A stretch of DNA of 63,818 nt, counting the filler, from an uncultured bacterium (GTDB lineage Bacteria; DAOPZR01), in the NCBI GenBank assembly GCA_964637655.1. It is 4 parts of 4 records of this genome, joined end to end, with 100 filler letters (N's around TTAATTAATTAA, not from the genome) between each part and the next. Parts side by side here need not be neighbours in the genome. Positions count along the whole stretch, not along the records: positions 16,109 to 31,997 come from CAZWUZ010000052.1; 3 more parts are not named here. One strand, written 5' to 3'. Under the pieces are notes generated by a model. It saw nothing but the letters and a program-made list of their open reading frames with translations, did no database searches and was not told where the DNA came from. The position numbers and the translations under genes are program-made. Below are positions 19,540-28,296 of this stretch, piece by piece (within the stretch, counting starts at the first letter, position 1; each line of letters opens with the position of its first letter).

Positions 19540-20085
19540 ATGAAATTGCGGACAGCGGCAACGGTTGCGGTACTCGGGTGCATGGTGGTGGCAACGGCGG
19601 CGATGGCGGACGGCGGCAGGAACCAGTGCAGGCGGGGGAACAGTATGATGCAGGTGCGGCACGGGCAGGTGCGGCATGAGACGTCCCGCCCGGCCATGAA
19701 CAGCAGCTGCCGCCAGCAGCAGCCGGCGCGGCAGGTGCAGTGCGAGCCGCGGCCGGTACCGTGTTGCGAGGCGCGCCCGCAGCCGCGGACGGAGTGCGGA
19801 CGCCAGGCCGAGCCGCGCCGGCATGAGGGGGAACGGTGCCGGCAGCAGGAACAGGTGCGCGGCGAAACGGGGCATACCCGGCCGGCGAACCATGGCACGG
19901 TGACGGACCCGGCAAACAGCGGTACCACCACGACGACAACGACTGAAAGCGGTACTACGACGGGCGGCAGCAGCACGTCGAACCCCCGCGTGCATGACGA
20001 CAACGGGCACGGCAACGACGTGGGGCATACCGACCCGTCAAACCCCGGCAACGGACAGGGGAATCACGGCACGCGGCACAACTGA
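19540..20085 (+). CDS. Secreted low-complexity hypothetical protein (181 aa)
   Basis: AGGAGG RBS, signal peptide ending AAMA-D, Arg/Gln/Cys-rich region, Thr-rich linker, C-terminal DNGHGNDxGxxDPSNPG motif. Confidence 0.7.
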   Translation: MKLRTAATVAVLGCMVVATAAMADGGRNQCRRGNSMMQVRHGQVRHETSRPAMNSSCRQQQPARQVQCEPRPVPCCEARPQPRTECGRQAEPRRHEGERCRQQEQVRGETGHTRPANHGTVTDPANSGTTTTTTTESGTTTGGSSTSNPRVHDDNGHGNDVGHTDPSNPGNGQGNHGTRHN

Positions 20086-20119
20086 AACGTCAAAACGGCC
20101 CGCCTGACGCGGGCGGCAG

Positions 20120-20158
20120 CAGACAAAAAACCCGGCCTGAGGCCGGGTTTTTTGTCTG
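20120..20158. terminator. Bidirectional intrinsic terminator
   Basis: Perfect inverted repeat CAGACAAAAAACCCGGCC-TGA-GGCCGGGTTTTTTGTCTG between convergent genes. Confidence 0.9.
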
Positions 20159-20170
20159 TGCGGTGCGGGT

Positions 20171-21304
20171 TTACGGCAGGAACTTCGACGGGTCCTTGAG
20201 CTTGTGCGGCAGGTACTCGTCGATGACGTAGTTGAGCCCCCACTTGGCGAGCGCCTGCTGCTCGGCGCGGACCCCCATGCGCATCAGCTTGTCGATGGCC
20301 TTCTGCCACGGCTTGTGGCGCTGGAAGAAGGGGTCGTTCTTGAGCGCGTCCTTGGCCCGCTTGATGTCGATCTCCTTTAGCGGGTGCGTGGGGAGCTTGA
20401 ACGCCTCGATGTCGTCCGGCGTCACCCCGAGGAAATGCGCCTTGGGGACGGAGAAGAAGCGCGAGACGTGTGCGGCATTGCCCGAGCCGACCTTGAGCGT
20501 GCGGTAGATGTTGGCGATACCGTACGGGTCGCAGTCGACGAAGACGTAGACGGGGATCTTTTTCTCGTCGGCGAGGCGGCGGATGAAGCGGCGGCAGGAA
20601 CGCGTCGGCACGCCTCCCATGCTGACGAGGATGCAGTTGGCCTTCTTCCAGAAGTTGTGCGCCGCCAGCCGCTGGAACATACCGCCGGTCTCGATGGCGA
20701 GGATGAACTTCGCCTTCGTCTCGAAGCCGAAGTGCTCGACCGACGAGGGGATGGAGTAGGAACCGCTGCCGAAGGCGGTGCAGTCGATGCGGATGGTCTT
20801 CTTGGTTTCCCAGTCGCGGTCGATGACGATGAGTTGGCCGGCGACCTGGCCGCCATGCTCGTCGGGGTAGAAGCGCAGTTCCTCGCGGCTGACATTCGAG
20901 GTGGAGAAGAGCGCCTCGATGTCGTCCATCACCGCGTCCGATTCCTCCTGCGCGTCGAACCGTGCCTCCTCCCAGTTTTTCGACTGGTAGTACGCGTCAC
21001 GCTTGGTGGCGAAATCGTCGGTCTCGACCAGTTCCTTGGAGAGCGCCATCAGGCGCATGGTCTGGGCGAAGGTGCGGATGGTGCCGACCGACATGGTGCG
21101 GTGCTTCTTCTGGCGCCCGATCTCGAAGTAGCCGAGCCGCTCGTCGTACTTGACGTTGGAGAGCGCGCGGATGGGAAAGGAAATTTCCGGTTTCTGGTTC
21201 TTGAGGATGCGCTGGTAGACGGCATCCGCCTCGCTGCTGATGCGCTCGATGACCTTCTTGTCGCCGGCGTTGGTGACGCCCGGCCGCTTGTCGTGCTTTT
21301 TCAT
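20171..21304 (-). CDS. top6A: DNA topoisomerase VI subunit A (Spo11-like)
   Basis: ATKRDAYY catalytic Tyr region, IETGG, GGVPTR, DCDPYG Toprim motif and AEQQAL. Confidence 0.95.
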   Translation of the reverse strand: MKKHDKRPGVTNAGDKKVIERISSEADAVYQRILKNQKPEISFPIRALSNVKYDERLGYFEIGRQKKHRTMSVGTIRTFAQTMRLMALSKELVETDDFATKRDAYYQSKNWEEARFDAQEESDAVMDDIEALFSTSNVSREELRFYPDEHGGQVAGQLIVIDRDWETKKTIRIDCTAFGSGSYSIPSSVEHFGFETKAKFILAIETGGMFQRLAAHNFWKKANCILVSMGGVPTRSCRRFIRRLADEKKIPVYVFVDCDPYGIANIYRTLKVGSGNAAHVSRFFSVPKAHFLGVTPDDIEAFKLPTHPLKEIDIKRAKDALKNDPFFQRHKPWQKAIDKLMRMGVRAEQQALAKWGLNYVIDEYLPHKLKDPSKFLP

Positions 21305-21305
21305 G

Positions 21306-23039
21306 TCAGTCGATGCTCCTGGTGCGCTCGAGGATGTCGGTCAGGTTGGCGACCGCCTTGTCCCGCTGCTTGTCGGGGAACTTGAGGATGTCCTGCAGCG
21401 CGGCGACGAGTTGCGGGATGTAGGTTTTGATATAGGATTTCTTTTTTTCCGCGTCCGCGATGCGGCCCTGCTTGCGGATGTGCAGGCCGAGGCGCCGCCC
21501 GCATTCCTGCAGCGCCAGTTTCATCTCCTTGGTGATTTCCGGGTAGGAAGCGATGGCCTCCTTGCTCTCGCTGGTGAACGGCACCCAGGCGGAGGCGATG
21601 TGCACGGCGACCACCAGCGGGGCGATGGGGAGCGCCCCCTTGGGATGGGTCAGTCCGTAGTTGCGCCAGACCGTGGAGGTGACGCACTTGCTGATGGCGC
21701 AGGCCGACTGCTGGTACTGCAGCGGCACGCGGTTGGCAAAGCGGATCAGTTCCGCCGGCTCCTCGCACGGCAGCTTGCCGCCGTAGGCGAGCGCCGCCTC
21801 GACAAGGAACGGGTTGCCGCGATAGACCGCGGGAACGCGCGACACTGCGGTATAAAGTTCCGCGTCGGGGACCAACCGCTTGAGCCCGGCCAGCATCAGT
21901 TCCTCGCCGATGGGCGACAGGCAGTTGGTCGGCGGGCGCTGGATCTTGGTCTGCTGGATGCCGTGGTAGAGCGCCTCGACCTCGTGCCGGGTCATCGCCT
22001 TCGGCTGGCGGCCGGGGGAAAGCTTGGCCGCGGTGCAGATGGCCTCGGCGACCGTGCCGCCGGCGCGGGAAAACTCATGGCTGAGAAAGCCGCGCAGGTT
22101 GCGCGCCGTCGTCGCCTTGAGCATCTGCATGAGCATGCCGAGTTCGACCCCGTACGGGTGCGGCTTGATCGCCACCGCCTCGACCGGGGGCTGCGCGGTG
22201 GCGCGCTCGTAATGTGCCATCTCCTGGTCGGGGGCCTTGTAGTCGAGCGTGACGTGCGGGTTGGCGACGAGCACCTGGTTGAGGTATTCCTCGACCGAGC
22301 GCTTGCCGCGCTGGAAGGTCGCCTCGAGCGCGATCTCGACGCGCGTGCCGTGCTCGGGCGCCCACTCAATCTCGATGTCCTTGGTCACCTCGGGCGCGTT
22401 CTTCTGCGTGTTGAGCATGATCTCGAAGTAGTGCGCGGGATGCTTGGCGCCGATGCGCGAGGTGATCCTGCACGGCTTGCCCGTGGTCAGCTGTCCGTAC
22501 ATCGCGGCGGCGGAGATGCCGATCCCCTGCTGTCCGCGTGACTGCTTGAGCCGGTGGAACTTCGACCCGTAGAGCAGCTTGCCGAAGATTTTCGGCACCT
22601 GCGACTTGACGATGCCCGGCCCGTTGTCCTCAATGATGACGGTGAAACGGTTTTCCGCGGTCTGGATCAGTTCGACCTTCAGCGCGGGGAGGATGCCCGC
22701 TTCCTCACAGGCGTCGAGCGCGTTGTCGACCGCTTCCTTGACCGTGGTGAGCAGCGCCTTGCGCGGGTTGTCGAAGCCGAGCAGGTGGCGGTTCTTGGTG
22801 AAGAACTCCGCCACGGAAATCTCGCGCTGCGATTCCGCCATCTCGATGGCGGTCTTTCTCGCCGGCGGGGGCGCCGGTTTGCGCGGGGCGCGCTCCTTTT
22901 TCTCCGCTTTCGCCGGGGAAGGCTTATGGGCCAGGCCGGGGAGGGCGGGCTGCGCGTGCTTCTTTGCCGCCTTCTTTGCGGCCGGTTTCTTCGCTGCGGG
23001 CTTTGCCTTTTTGGGCTTCGCCTTCTTTGCTGGTACCAT
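21306..23039 (-). CDS. top6B: DNA topoisomerase VI subunit B
   Basis: [48 protein letters not shown] and VPFTSESKE motifs; GGAGG RBS. Confidence 0.95.
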   Translation of the reverse strand: MVPAKKAKPKKAKPAAKKPAAKKAAKKHAQPALPGLAHKPSPAKAEKKERAPRKPAPPPARKTAIEMAESQREISVAEFFTKNRHLLGFDNPRKALLTTVKEAVDNALDACEEAGILPALKVELIQTAENRFTVIIEDNGPGIVKSQVPKIFGKLLYGSKFHRLKQSRGQQGIGISAAAMYGQLTTGKPCRITSRIGAKHPAHYFEIMLNTQKNAPEVTKDIEIEWAPEHGTRVEIALEATFQRGKRSVEEYLNQVLVANPHVTLDYKAPDQEMAHYERATAQPPVEAVAIKPHPYGVELGMLMQMLKATTARNLRGFLSHEFSRAGGTVAEAICTAAKLSPGRQPKAMTRHEVEALYHGIQQTKIQRPPTNCLSPIGEELMLAGLKRLVPDAELYTAVSRVPAVYRGNPFLVEAALAYGGKLPCEEPAELIRFANRVPLQYQQSACAISKCVTSTVWRNYGLTHPKGALPIAPLVVAVHIASAWVPFTSESKEAIASYPEITKEMKLALQECGRRLGLHIRKQGRIADAEKKKSYIKTYIPQLVAALQDILKFPDKQRDKAVANLTDILERTRSID

Positions 23040-23150
23040 CACTGCCTCCGTGTCCTGTCGCGCAGCGCGGGCACACGCCCGACGCTGCTGGTGCGGCATC
23101 AACCTTGCATTGCGGGGAGTTATACCGTATCCCCTCCCGTAGCGGCCGGC

Positions 23151-23179
23151 ATGGTAGGTGAAATTCCCGCCGCTGTCAA
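23151..23179 (-). promoter_or_regulatory. sigma70-type promoter for top6BA
   Basis: Minus strand TTGACA-N17-TACCAT. Confidence 0.65.
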
Positions 23180-23193
23180 CCCGGGCGGCGGAA

Positions 23194-24354
23194 TCAGCCG
23201 TCGGCCGCCGCGAGTAGTTCGTCCAGTTTCGCCAGCAGGGCGCTGTTGTCCTGCTGCGGATGCTCCCGGGTGTATTGCGCGAGATTTGCCCGGTATTCCG
23301 GAAGACGGGAACGGAATTCGTTCAGGTGCGTGCGGAAACCGCCCGGGTCCCGCGCCACCTGTTTCCCGTCGCAGTGCAGGCCGTAACCGAGTTGCTCGAG
23401 GTAGAGCGCGTTGAGTGTCTGTTCAAACTGCCCGTCGAGCGGCAGCGAGAGGACGGGCTTGCCCAGGTGTACCGCTTCGCTCATCAGCGAGAACCCGCCG
23501 CCGGTGACGACCGCGGCAGCGCGGGTGAAGTCGGCGAAAAAGAGATCCCGGTCGCGCGGCTTGATACGCAGGTGGCGGTATCTGCCCGCGAACCGCTGCG
23601 GGTCGAAACCGTAGACAGTGCAGGGAATGCCGGCGGCTTCGAGCGCGTCGAGCAGCGGCACGAAGGTGGCGGAGGTGTGGTAGACCAGCAGTTCGTCACC
23701 CGTCATGACCTGCCCGGTGCGGAGGTCTCTGCCCGCCTGGAAAATCTCCTCGCGCAGGATGGGTGGGAACAGGAACGTGTTGTCTGCGCACTCCGGGCGC
23801 AGCGGCGGGTAGAAAAAGGTGGTGACGAGGTAGTGCGTGCTGCGATGCACCTTTGCCTCCGTGATGGCGGCGGCGAGCAGGCGGTCGAACCCGTACTGCG
23901 CGGGGATGTGCAGGGCGCGATGGTCGCAGCGGGTGATGATGCTCATATTGTCGATGTTGATGACCGGGAGCCCCTTCCAGCGGCCGTAGCGGTGAGCCAT
24001 GGTCTCGAAGTCGGTGACCACCGCGTCGAACGCCTGCTCCGGGATGGCATTGATGGCGTTCAACGCCTGCAATTCCCGGAAGTTGATCACCGCTGCCGAG
24101 GGGATGCTGCGCAGCAGCGAGACGACCGTATCGAGCCGGTCGACCCGATTGCCCGCGTATTTCATGAACAGGCCGCGGATCTCGTCCACCCGCACGGCAT
24201 GCTCGTCACGGAAGGCGGCGCGCAGGTACGGCTCCGCTTTGCCCGAGGCAAGTATGACCAGCCGGTGCCCCCGCGCCAGCAGGTGGCGGATGACCGCCTC
24301 CGAGCGCGTCGCGTGTCCCATCCCCTCGCCTACCACCCCGTAAAGCAGATTCAT
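23194..24354 (-). CDS. GT-B glycosyltransferase (MJ1255/VC2487-like)
   Basis: [32 protein letters not shown] and QFEQ.LNA.YL..LGYG motifs. Confidence 0.88.
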   Translation of the reverse strand: MNLLYGVVGEGMGHATRSEAVIRHLLARGHRLVILASGKAEPYLRAAFRDEHAVRVDEIRGLFMKYAGNRVDRLDTVVSLLRSIPSAAVINFRELQALNAINAIPEQAFDAVVTDFETMAHRYGRWKGLPVINIDNMSIITRCDHRALHIPAQYGFDRLLAAAITEAKVHRSTHYLVTTFFYPPLRPECADNTFLFPPILREEIFQAGRDLRTGQVMTGDELLVYHTSATFVPLLDALEAAGIPCTVYGFDPQRFAGRYRHLRIKPRDRDLFFADFTRAAAVVTGGGFSLMSEAVHLGKPVLSLPLDGQFEQTLNALYLEQLGYGLHCDGKQVARDPGGFRTHLNEFRSRLPEYRANLAQYTREHPQQDNSALLAKLDELLAAADG

Positions 24355-24400
24355 TTCTGTCTCTCCCCCCCTACCAGGCGTCAAAATAATGACGGATTTT

Positions 24401-24421
24401 TGTGGATAACTCTGTGGATAA
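24401..24421 (-). promoter_or_regulatory. Two tandem consensus DnaA boxes
   Basis: TGTGGATAA (reverse complement TTATCCACA) at 24401-24409 and 24413-24421. Confidence 0.7.
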
Positions 24422-24427
24422 CCTGTG

Positions 24428-25111
24428 TCAATGTGTCAGTATGGCCCCTTCCTTGGCCCCTTCCTTTCGCGCGATAATTACTCTGCTGGCATGATGTTGC
24501 ACAGCCAGCGGGGACGGGGAATGATTGATTGTCTTGCGGTGCCAGAAGCAGATATGGGTGGGGTCGAGGGTATAGTACCAGTTGTCGGCGAATTGCTGCA
24601 GGTCATGCCAGCACTCGGTCATCAGCACGAGGAGGCCGCCCGGGGAAACTGTTTCACACAAGTGCAGAAACTCGGCGCGCGGGTCGCGGAAATGCTCGAT
24701 GACCTCGGTGGCAAAGACGGCGTCGAAGGTGCCGGCCGGCAGGTCGGGAAAGAAGAGCGGGTCGAAATCAGCGCAGGCAAAGCCGCGCGCGCGCAGCAGG
24801 CCCGAGAGCACCGGCGTATGCCCGCAGCCGTAATCGAGGCAGCGCGCGCCCGGCGCGAGGTGCGGCAGCGCGGGGAGCAGCGCGCGTTCGAGGAAGGCGA
24901 CATAGCGCGGGTCGTCGGCGCGGTTGTTATGCTGCAGGTAGCGGGCGCGGGCTTCTTCGATGGTCGGATGCTGCGCCGGGTCGACGGTGACGATCTGGCA
25001 GCGCGGGCAATGCTGCAGCCGCCGCGGCAGCGTGCCGGCAGGTACCGGCACGGTTTCCGCCTGCCCGCAGAAGCGGCAGCACTCACCCGGGGCTGGAACG
25101 GTCGCGGTCAC
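24428..25111 (-). CDS. Class I SAM methyltransferase with N-terminal zinc-ribbon
   Basis: CRFCG...CPRC, ARYLQHNN, LDYGCG, EVIEH and WYY..DPTHICF motifs; GTG start in a GTGA overlap. Confidence 0.82.
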   Translation of the reverse strand: MTATVPAPGECCRFCGQAETVPVPAGTLPRRLQHCPRCQIVTVDPAQHPTIEEARARYLQHNNRADDPRYVAFLERALLPALPHLAPGARCLDYGCGHTPVLSGLLRARGFACADFDPLFFPDLPAGTFDAVFATEVIEHFRDPRAEFLHLCETVSPGGLLVLMTECWHDLQQFADNWYYTLDPTHICFWHRKTINHSPSPLAVQHHASRVIIARKEGAKEGAILTH

Positions 25112-25350
25112 GCGGCGTCTATCCCGTGGACGGAAACGGAGGCCGTCACGTTGTGTCCGTCCCATGGGCGGTGACAGTGACGGTCATGCTGTGTCCGTCC
25201 TAAGAAGGGGAACAGAGATGGTCGCGCTGCGTTTGTTCCGTGAACGGAAACGGTGGCAGTCACGCTGCGTCCGTCGCGTGAACCGGAATGGTGATGGTCA
25301 CGCTGTTTCCGTCCCCTGGGCGGGAACAGTGACGGTCATGCTGTGCCCGT
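25107..25350 (-). repeat. Degenerate 38-bp tandem repeat (6 full units plus a partial one) encoding chained mini-ORFs
   Basis: Units start at 25107, 25145, 25183, 25221, 25259, 25297 and 25335 with an exact 38-bp period; each begins GTC(A/G)YG on the + strand. Confidence 0.88.
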
Positions 25351-26956
25351 CGGTCGCGGCGGCCGCGGTCGCGCCGGCCACGGCAAAATCGTCCGCGATT
25401 TCCGCCAGCCGCGCGGGGGGGAGCGCCACGCCGGCAGCAACGGTGAAGCCGGCGGCGGCGGGATGCACGGTTATCGCCTGCGCCTGCTGCGCGGCATAAG
25501 CGAGGCAGAGTTCGTCGAAGGCATGGGCGAAACGTTCGGCATCGAGCAGCGCCGGCAGCGCGGGCGGCACGTCGACAGTAAAGCGAAGGCGCTGCAGCGG
25601 GTCGGTGGCGGCGAGGCGCTGCGCCAGCACGGCGCTGAACGCGGCGGCATCGTCGGCAACCGCGAGCAGGTCGGCACCCTGCTGCCGGTACGCATGCGCG
25701 GCGGCGGTGTCGCGCACGAGCGCGGCAGCGTCGGCCGGGGCGCGGGTGACGGTGCGCGGCAGGCCGCGCACGTCGGCGAAACAGTCGTCGAGCCGCAGCT
25801 GCAGGCGACGGAGCAGGCGCACGTCGAGGAAGGGGCGCAGTTCGTCACGGGCGAGCAGCGCGGCCAGCCGGCGCAGGGCGTTGAGGATGGTGACGACGCA
25901 GGCGACGCGCAGCGTTTCGCCGCGGGCGAAGGTGTCGAGCGCGGCGGCCAGTTCGTCGAGGATGCTGTCGAGCAGCGCATAATCGACGGCGGTGTCGAGG
26001 GCGGCGGCGGCTTCCGCCTCCCCGAGTTCCGCGAGTAGTCCCTGCGCGAACTGCAGGCGCGCGGCGACCGCGGTGACGGTGCGCTGCAGCTGACCGGCAC
26101 AGCGCACGGTGGCGGCCACGGTGACCTCGAGCTGCGCGGTGTCGAAGCGCTGCGGGTCGGGCTGGCGTTCCACCTGTGCCCGCGCGCGGCGCAGCAGCTG
26201 CCGCACCTTGTCACCCGGCATGACCGCGGCATGCGCGGCGAGCACGTACGGTGAGGGCTGCGTCTCGAGCAGCAACATGGCGGCGGCCGCGGTCTGCAGG
26301 TAGGCGGCGCGGTCCCAGCCGACGATGCCGGCGATGACGGGGTTGGCGGCATAGGTCAGGTCGCCCGTCAGGCAGAGCGGGCCGCAGGTGATGAGGACGC
26401 TGTCGGGACTGTGCCCCGGTGCGGCATGCAGTGTGAGTGCGAGCCCATGCCCGCGCAGTTCATGTCGTGGGAGTCCGCAGGGGGCGTCGGCGACAGGCGA
26501 TACCTGCCAGTCGACATGGGGAGCAGCACCGGCGAAGAGGGGGAGCGCAACGTCAACGCGCGGGGCGGGACGGTCGAAGAGCGCCGCCTGGGTGAGCGCG
26601 GCATCGCCGTCGCGCAGGGGGACAACCGCGGCCTGGTGCGCGGCCACGGTGTCCTGCGGCCGCACGAGTCCGGTTTCCCGGTCGAGCGCGGCGCTGTGGT
26701 CGCAATGGCAATGCGTGAGCAGGAAGAGGCGCGGCAGTGCGGCACAGTCGGGTGCGTCGAGCGGGGCGCGCACGCGCCCGGTATTGGCGCTGCTCCCCGG
26801 GTCGATGCAGACGATACCCGCAGACGTGCGGAGCAGCAACGTGGTGACGGCGAAGGGCTCCGCCGCGGGTGACAGCAGGAAACACTGCGTACCGGGCACC
26901 TGCGGCAGCGGCTGCCACGTGTCGAACACCAGCGCGGGGAAGGCAGTGCCATCCAT
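25298..26956 (-). CDS. MBL-fold metallo-hydrolase with C-terminal degenerate histidine-kinase-like region
   Basis: IDPG, THCHCDH, PGHSPDS and TGDL motifs; helical C-terminal half ending in an HATPase-like remnant. Confidence 0.75.
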   Translation of the reverse strand: MDGTAFPALVFDTWQPLPQVPGTQCFLLSPAAEPFAVTTLLLRTSAGIVCIDPGSSANTGRVRAPLDAPDCAALPRLFLLTHCHCDHSAALDRETGLVRPQDTVAAHQAAVVPLRDGDAALTQAALFDRPAPRVDVALPLFAGAAPHVDWQVSPVADAPCGLPRHELRGHGLALTLHAAPGHSPDSVLITCGPLCLTGDLTYAANPVIAGIVGWDRAAYLQTAAAAMLLLETQPSPYVLAAHAAVMPGDKVRQLLRRARAQVERQPDPQRFDTAQLEVTVAATVRCAGQLQRTVTAVAARLQFAQGLLAELGEAEAAAALDTAVDYALLDSILDELAAALDTFARGETLRVACVVTILNALRRLAALLARDELRPFLDVRLLRRLQLRLDDCFADVRGLPRTVTRAPADAAALVRDTAAAHAYRQQGADLLAVADDAAAFSAVLAQRLAATDPLQRLRFTVDVPPALPALLDAERFAHAFDELCLAYAAQQAQAITVHPAAAGFTVAAGVALPPARLAEIADDFAVAGATAAAATDGHSMTVTVPAQGTETA

Positions 26957-27009
26957 GGTCGCGATTGTAGCACGCGCGGCGCGTGGCAACAACAGCAGAG
27001 AACGCCGGC

Positions 27010-27038
27010 TTGACAGCGTCGGGCCGGCAGCGTACGCT
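27010..27038 (+). promoter_or_regulatory. sigma70-type promoter for the CapA-family gene
   Basis: TTGACA-N17-TACGCT, 10 nt before the ATG at 27049. Confidence 0.55.
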
Positions 27039-27048
27039 TGCCGCCACC

Positions 27049-28257
27049 ATGAGCATACTGCGCCTGTTTCTGATCGTGCTGCTGCTGGCGGGGGCGGGAT
27101 GTGCCCGCGCACCGGAGCCGACCGGAGTGCCTGTCGTGCCACACGAGGCGACGGGGACGCTGACGCTGCTCGGTGATGTCATCGTGCATACGCCGGTGGC
27201 GGCGGCGGCGTTCGACCGGCGGTCCGGCGACTACGATTTCCGCCCGATGTTCGCCCCCGTGCGCGAGCGGCTCAGCGCGGCGCACCTGACGACCGCAGTG
27301 CTGGAAACCCCGGTCTCCGACACCGGCCAGCGGGTGACGGGGTTCCCGCTGTTCAACGCGCCGCGGCGTATCGCGGACGCGCTGCAGTGGGCGGGGGTCG
27401 ACCTCGTCTTCACCGCGACCAACCACTCACTCGACCGCGGCGAGGCGGGTATCGTGCGCACGCTGCGCTACCTCGATGAACTTGGACTGCCGCACACGGG
27501 GACGCGCCTGCGCGCGCCGGCGCCCCCGTTCGTCATTCTCCCCGGGGGCGGGCTGCAGTTCGGTTTTGTCAGCTACACCACCGCCACCAACGGGCTGCCG
27601 GTGCCCGACGGCAAGCCGTGGCTGGTCAACCTGCTCGGGGAGACGAACGCGGCGGCGGATATCGCGGCGGCGCGCGCGGCGGGGGCGGACGTCATCGTCG
27701 CCGCCCTGCATGCCGGCTGGGAGTACCAGCGGCTGCCGTCCGACGTGCAGGAAGCGGCGGTGCAGGCGCTCATCGACGCGGGGGCGGACATCATCACCGG
27801 CAGCCACGTGCACGTGGTGCAGCCGTGGGAACTGCGCGTGGCGCGCGACCCGCAGACGGGGGCGCGGCGTACGGTCTTCGTCGCGTGGTCGCTGGGCAAC
27901 CTGCTCTCCAACCAGTACTGGCGCTACTCCGACTACGGGCTGGCGGTAACGCTGCAGGCGCGCAAACGGGCGGACGGAACGCTGCACCTGACGGTGCGCG
28001 AGGTTGTGCCGCTCTGGGTGCAGCGCGACGGCGGCCGCGGCTACCTGCTGCGCGATGTGGGCACGGCTGACGCGGGGGACACGGCGCTGCCGGCGGCGGC
28101 GCAGCGGCGGATGGCGGAGATCCGCGTCGAAGTGACGGGGCTGATGCGCCACTGGGAAACAGCGGCGCGACTGCCGCTGCACCCCGATACTGCCCCGCCG
28201 CCGCCTTTGGTGCGCACGGCCTCCCCGCCCCCCTCCTTGACGCGCAGCGACGGGTAA
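27049..28257 (+). CDS. CapA family (PGA_cap) metallophosphoesterase-fold lipoprotein
   Basis: Lipobox AGAGC; GDVIVH, LETP, ATNHSLDRG, HAGWEY, GSHVHV and SLGNL motifs. Confidence 0.88.
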   Translation: MSILRLFLIVLLLAGAGCARAPEPTGVPVVPHEATGTLTLLGDVIVHTPVAAAAFDRRSGDYDFRPMFAPVRERLSAAHLTTAVLETPVSDTGQRVTGFPLFNAPRRIADALQWAGVDLVFTATNHSLDRGEAGIVRTLRYLDELGLPHTGTRLRAPAPPFVILPGGGLQFGFVSYTTATNGLPVPDGKPWLVNLLGETNAAADIAAARAAGADVIVAALHAGWEYQRLPSDVQEAAVQALIDAGADIITGSHVHVVQPWELRVARDPQTGARRTVFVAWSLGNLLSNQYWRYSDYGLAVTLQARKRADGTLHLTVREVVPLWVQRDGGRGYLLRDVGTADAGDTALPAAAQRRMAEIRVEVTGLMRHWETAARLPLHPDTAPPPPLVRTASPPPSLTRSDG

Positions 28258-28296
28258 CCTATTATCACTGCCGGGCTACTGCCCGTGGAGAAGACC

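Noticed and set aside
25107-25350. 38-bp array as a CRISPR array or integron attC sites
   Set aside because: Units are homologous along their full length with no unique spacers; no cas or integrase genes; no RYYYAAC/GTTRRRY ends
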